A stretch of DNA of 17,056 bases, taken from assembly GCA_049472315.1 (NCBI GenBank), contig JBLIRN010000058.1, forward strand, positions 1 to 17,056, in the 5' to 3' direction. A program made the position numbers and the translations under genes. Positions 14,608 through 17,056 of this stretch are shown piece by piece. How positions within the stretch are numbered: position 1 is the first letter of the stretch; each line of letters starts with the position of its first letter. Source of the DNA: a bacterium (GTDB lineage: Bacteria; SZUA-182; DTGQ01; JAFGSM01). Under the pieces are notes generated by a model. It was not told the origin of the DNA, made no database searches, and saw only the letters and a program-made list of their open reading frames with translations.

Positions 14608-16437
14608 ATGGGAACGGTGAGCCTCAGGCAATCCCGCTTATCCTCCTGCATTTTCCCTGTATATATGTGCCTGTTCTGTATCGTGTGTTTGGTGCTGCAT
14701 CCTTTCTTCCAGACAAACATTCATGCGGATCCGGGCATTTCCTATCAGGTAAAAATGGAGGGGGTGCGCGACAGGGGTCTGCGCAATCTTCTGGAGGGGG
14801 TTTCCTCCACTATTGCCCGGCGGAAGATTCCTGCCGCTTCGCTGAATCTTCTCAGAAAGAGGGCGGAGCGAGACATCCCCGGCCTTGTGAAGGCGCTCAA
14901 ATCCCAGGGCTATTTCGGCGGCAGCGTGTCCGTGGAGGTCGATGCCGGTGCCAAACCGGCAGCGGTCATCTTTCGCATCACCCCCGGCCCCCCCTTTCTC
15001 CTGGAATCGGTGGACATACGCTTAGGCGATGAAGGCGCGGCATTCGATCGAACACTCCCCGGACCCCGCGAGATTGGGCTGGTCCCGGGAGAAAGGGCTC
15101 ACAGCAAGGCCATCCTGGATGCCCAGAAGTACCTCATCCACCGCCTCATGACCAAGGGATATCCCTTTGCCGCCGTTTCCCGCCGCGAGGTTGTGGCGGA
15201 CCATGCAACGCAGAGGGTCTCCGTGCGTTTCCTGGTTGACCCCGGGCCGGTGGCGTGGTTCGGCCCGACGCGGATCGAAGGGCTGCATTCGGTTGATGAG
15301 ACCTTTGTCCGAGGGAGAATCCCATGGGAGGTGGGGGACCGCTACAATGAGGCCCTTGTGGCCGGGCTGCAGAACCGGCTCGTCGAAACCGGCCTGTTTG
15401 CAGTGGTGAACGTGAGGAAAGGGGAGACCCTCACCGGTGAGGGGCGGTTGCCGGTGGCGGTCACAGTGAAGGAACGGAAACATCGCACCATCAAGGCGGG
15501 GGTGAAATATACCACGGATGAGGGGGCTGGGGCGGGGCTCTCCTGGGAGCACCGGAATCTCTTCGGACGAGGGGAGCGGTTGAGCCTGGGAGTGGAAGCA
15601 ACCGAGATCGATCATTCAGTGGAGGGGACATTTCGAAAGCCTGCATTCTTCCACCCCGACAGGACCCTTATCCTGAGAGGCGGGATTGCTGAGGAATACC
15701 CCGATGCGTATACCAGTCGCGCTGCAAGGGGCGAGGCACTTGTGGAGCAAAGGTTTTCCAGGGGGGTGAAGGTGGGGGGAGGTGCAGCCGTCAGGACCTC
15801 GCAGGTCATCCAATTCGACCGGAGGGAGGGCTTCAACCTGGTGTACCTCCCTGTGTATCTTGACTGGGACACCAGCAATGACATCCTCGATCCGGCCAGG
15901 GGAGGCCGCCTGACCTTCCAGGTGGCGCCCTATTACGATGTCTATGGAGCGGATCTGGGTTTTGTGAAGGGGGATCTCAGGTACAGCCGGTATGCCACCA
16001 TTGCCAGGCACCCCATGACCGTTTTTGCTGGCCGGATGGCATTCGGTGCCGTCGACGGGGCAGGACGAGAGGCCATTCCCGCCGATATCCGGTTTTATGC
16101 CGGAGGCGGGGGGTCCATCCGGGGATATGCCTTTCAGTCGGTGGGCCCTCTTGCTTACGGCGAGCCCATCGGAGGAAGATCGCTCATCGAGATCTCCGCG
16201 GAGGTCAGGGTAAAGGTGACGGACACCGTGGGTCTGGTGACCTTTCTCGACGGGGGGAGCGCCTTCAGTGAAACGGTTCCGCATTTCGAGGAGGACCTCC
16301 GGTGGGGAACCGGGGTGGGGGTCCGCTATTATACCCCGGTCGGCCCTTTACGCCTTGACGTGGGTGTTCCGCTGAATCGCCGGGAAGGGGTCGACAGACG
16401 GCTCCATATATATATAAGCCTCGGACAGGCATTTTGA
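14608..16437 (+). CDS. tamA: Translocation and assembly module outer-membrane Omp85 protein TamA
   Basis: POTRA-like repeats (SQGYF, KGYPFA, TGLF), WEHRNLFGRGE, barrel lid motif RFYAGGGGSIRGY, YYTPVGPLRLDVG and C-terminal SLGQAF. Directly followed by tamB. Confidence 0.9.
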   Translation: MGTVSLRQSRLSSCIFPVYMCLFCIVCLVLHPFFQTNIHADPGISYQVKMEGVRDRGLRNLLEGVSSTIARRKIPAASLNLLRKRAERDIPGLVKALKSQGYFGGSVSVEVDAGAKPAAVIFRITPGPPFLLESVDIRLGDEGAAFDRTLPGPREIGLVPGERAHSKAILDAQKYLIHRLMTKGYPFAAVSRREVVADHATQRVSVRFLVDPGPVAWFGPTRIEGLHSVDETFVRGRIPWEVGDRYNEALVAGLQNRLVETGLFAVVNVRKGETLTGEGRLPVAVTVKERKHRTIKAGVKYTTDEGAGAGLSWEHRNLFGRGERLSLGVEATEIDHSVEGTFRKPAFFHPDRTLILRGGIAEEYPDAYTSRAARGEALVEQRFSRGVKVGGGAAVRTSQVIQFDRREGFNLVYLPVYLDWDTSNDILDPARGGRLTFQVAPYYDVYGADLGFVKGDLRYSRYATIARHPMTVFAGRMAFGAVDGAGREAIPADIRFYAGGGGSIRGYAFQSVGPLAYGEPIGGRSLIEISAEVRVKVTDTVGLVTFLDGGSAFSETVPHFEEDLRWGTGVGVRYYTPVGPLRLDVGVPLNRREGVDRRLHIYISLGQAF

Positions 16438-16441
16438 TTCC

Positions 16442-17056
16442 ATGACACGGCACAGGAGAATCACAAAGGCGGTTGCATGGATTGCCGCTGCTGCGGTTAT
16501 CCTCGTGCTCCTCGCCGTTATCCTCTTTGGTCTTCTCCAGACCGGATTCGTACGGCGGAAACTGGCATCCCTGGTTTCCTCTATGCTGAGCGCACGCACC
16601 GGTCTGCGGTGGGACATCGGGGAAATCGAGGGGCTGATACCCTTCGATATTCACTTGCAGCAGCTCGCCATCGCGGATGGTAAGGGGGAATGGCTTAAGG
16701 CGGAGGCCGCCACCCTTCGCTGGTCTTTTGCCGCGCTTTTGCAGGGGCGCATCCATGTGAACGAATGCAGCGCAGTATTGCTGAGGTTACATCGAATCCC
16801 TGAGCGCCCGGAACAAAAAAAACAGAAGAAAGGGCGGGCGGTCCCCTGGCCCCCACGGGTGCCACCCCTTATTGTGGAGAAGGTGGCGATCGGCAGATGT
16901 GAGATGGGGGAGTCCGTTCTGGGCCGCACGGTTGCCTTCATGCTTGAAGGCGGAATGGTGGTGTCGGATCAGGACAAGGCGATAGATACCTCCCTGCGCA
17001 TCGAGCTGCTTGACGATCCCCGGACGGAGATCACGCTCGTCTCGCGCCTTGCCGGA
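16442..17056 (+). CDS. tamB: TamB-like translocation/assembly module protein, 5' part (runs off the window)
   Basis: Open frame from ATG 16442 to the window end, absent from the ORF track. MTRHRRITKAVAWIAAAAVILVLL signal anchor, then IGEIEGLIPFDI, IADGKGEWL and LRWSFAALLQGRIHV, typical of a TamB N-terminus. Starts 4 nt after tamA. Confidence 0.85.
   Translation, partial: MTRHRRITKAVAWIAAAAVILVLLAVILFGLLQTGFVRRKLASLVSSMLSARTGLRWDIGEIEGLIPFDIHLQQLAIADGKGEWLKAEAATLRWSFAALLQGRIHVNECSAVLLRLHRIPERPEQKKQKKGRAVPWPPRVPPLIVEKVAIGRCEMGESVLGRTVAFMLEGGMVVSDQDKAIDTSLRIELLDDPRTEITLVSRLAG

Overview
Bacterial window from a diderm organism (TamA/TamB and a lipoprotein are present). Left: a secreted Gly/Met/Tyr repeat protein with a strong palindromic terminator, then an overlapping three-gene unit of a CbiM/NikM-PDGLE Ni/Co S-component (no T or ATPase subunits in the window), a HAMP/3xPAS histidine kinase and an NtrC-type sigma54 activator. 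Centre, minus strand: a 582-aa protein with a sigma70/ECF-like N-terminal part (regions 2 and 4) fused to an apparently catalytically dead IS256/Mutator transposase, followed by a protein with a degenerate sigma4-like segment and a zinc anti-sigma (HxxxCxxC) motif. Both genes are preceded by the same bipartite motif, TGCAAA-N16-CGACTATA, which resembles an ECF promoter. This is the best candidate for an undescribed system: a domesticated transposase inside an autoregulated sigma/anti-sigma switch. Further downstream on the minus strand lie a stand-alone membrane sensor-like protein and a coupled 78-aa protein. Right: a second Gly/Tyr/Met-rich exported protein, an LPG-synthase-TM flippase-like gene, gpmA, a BamE/SmpA-like lipoprotein, tamA and the 5' part of tamB. 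All family assignments are from motifs recognised by eye; no database search was run.
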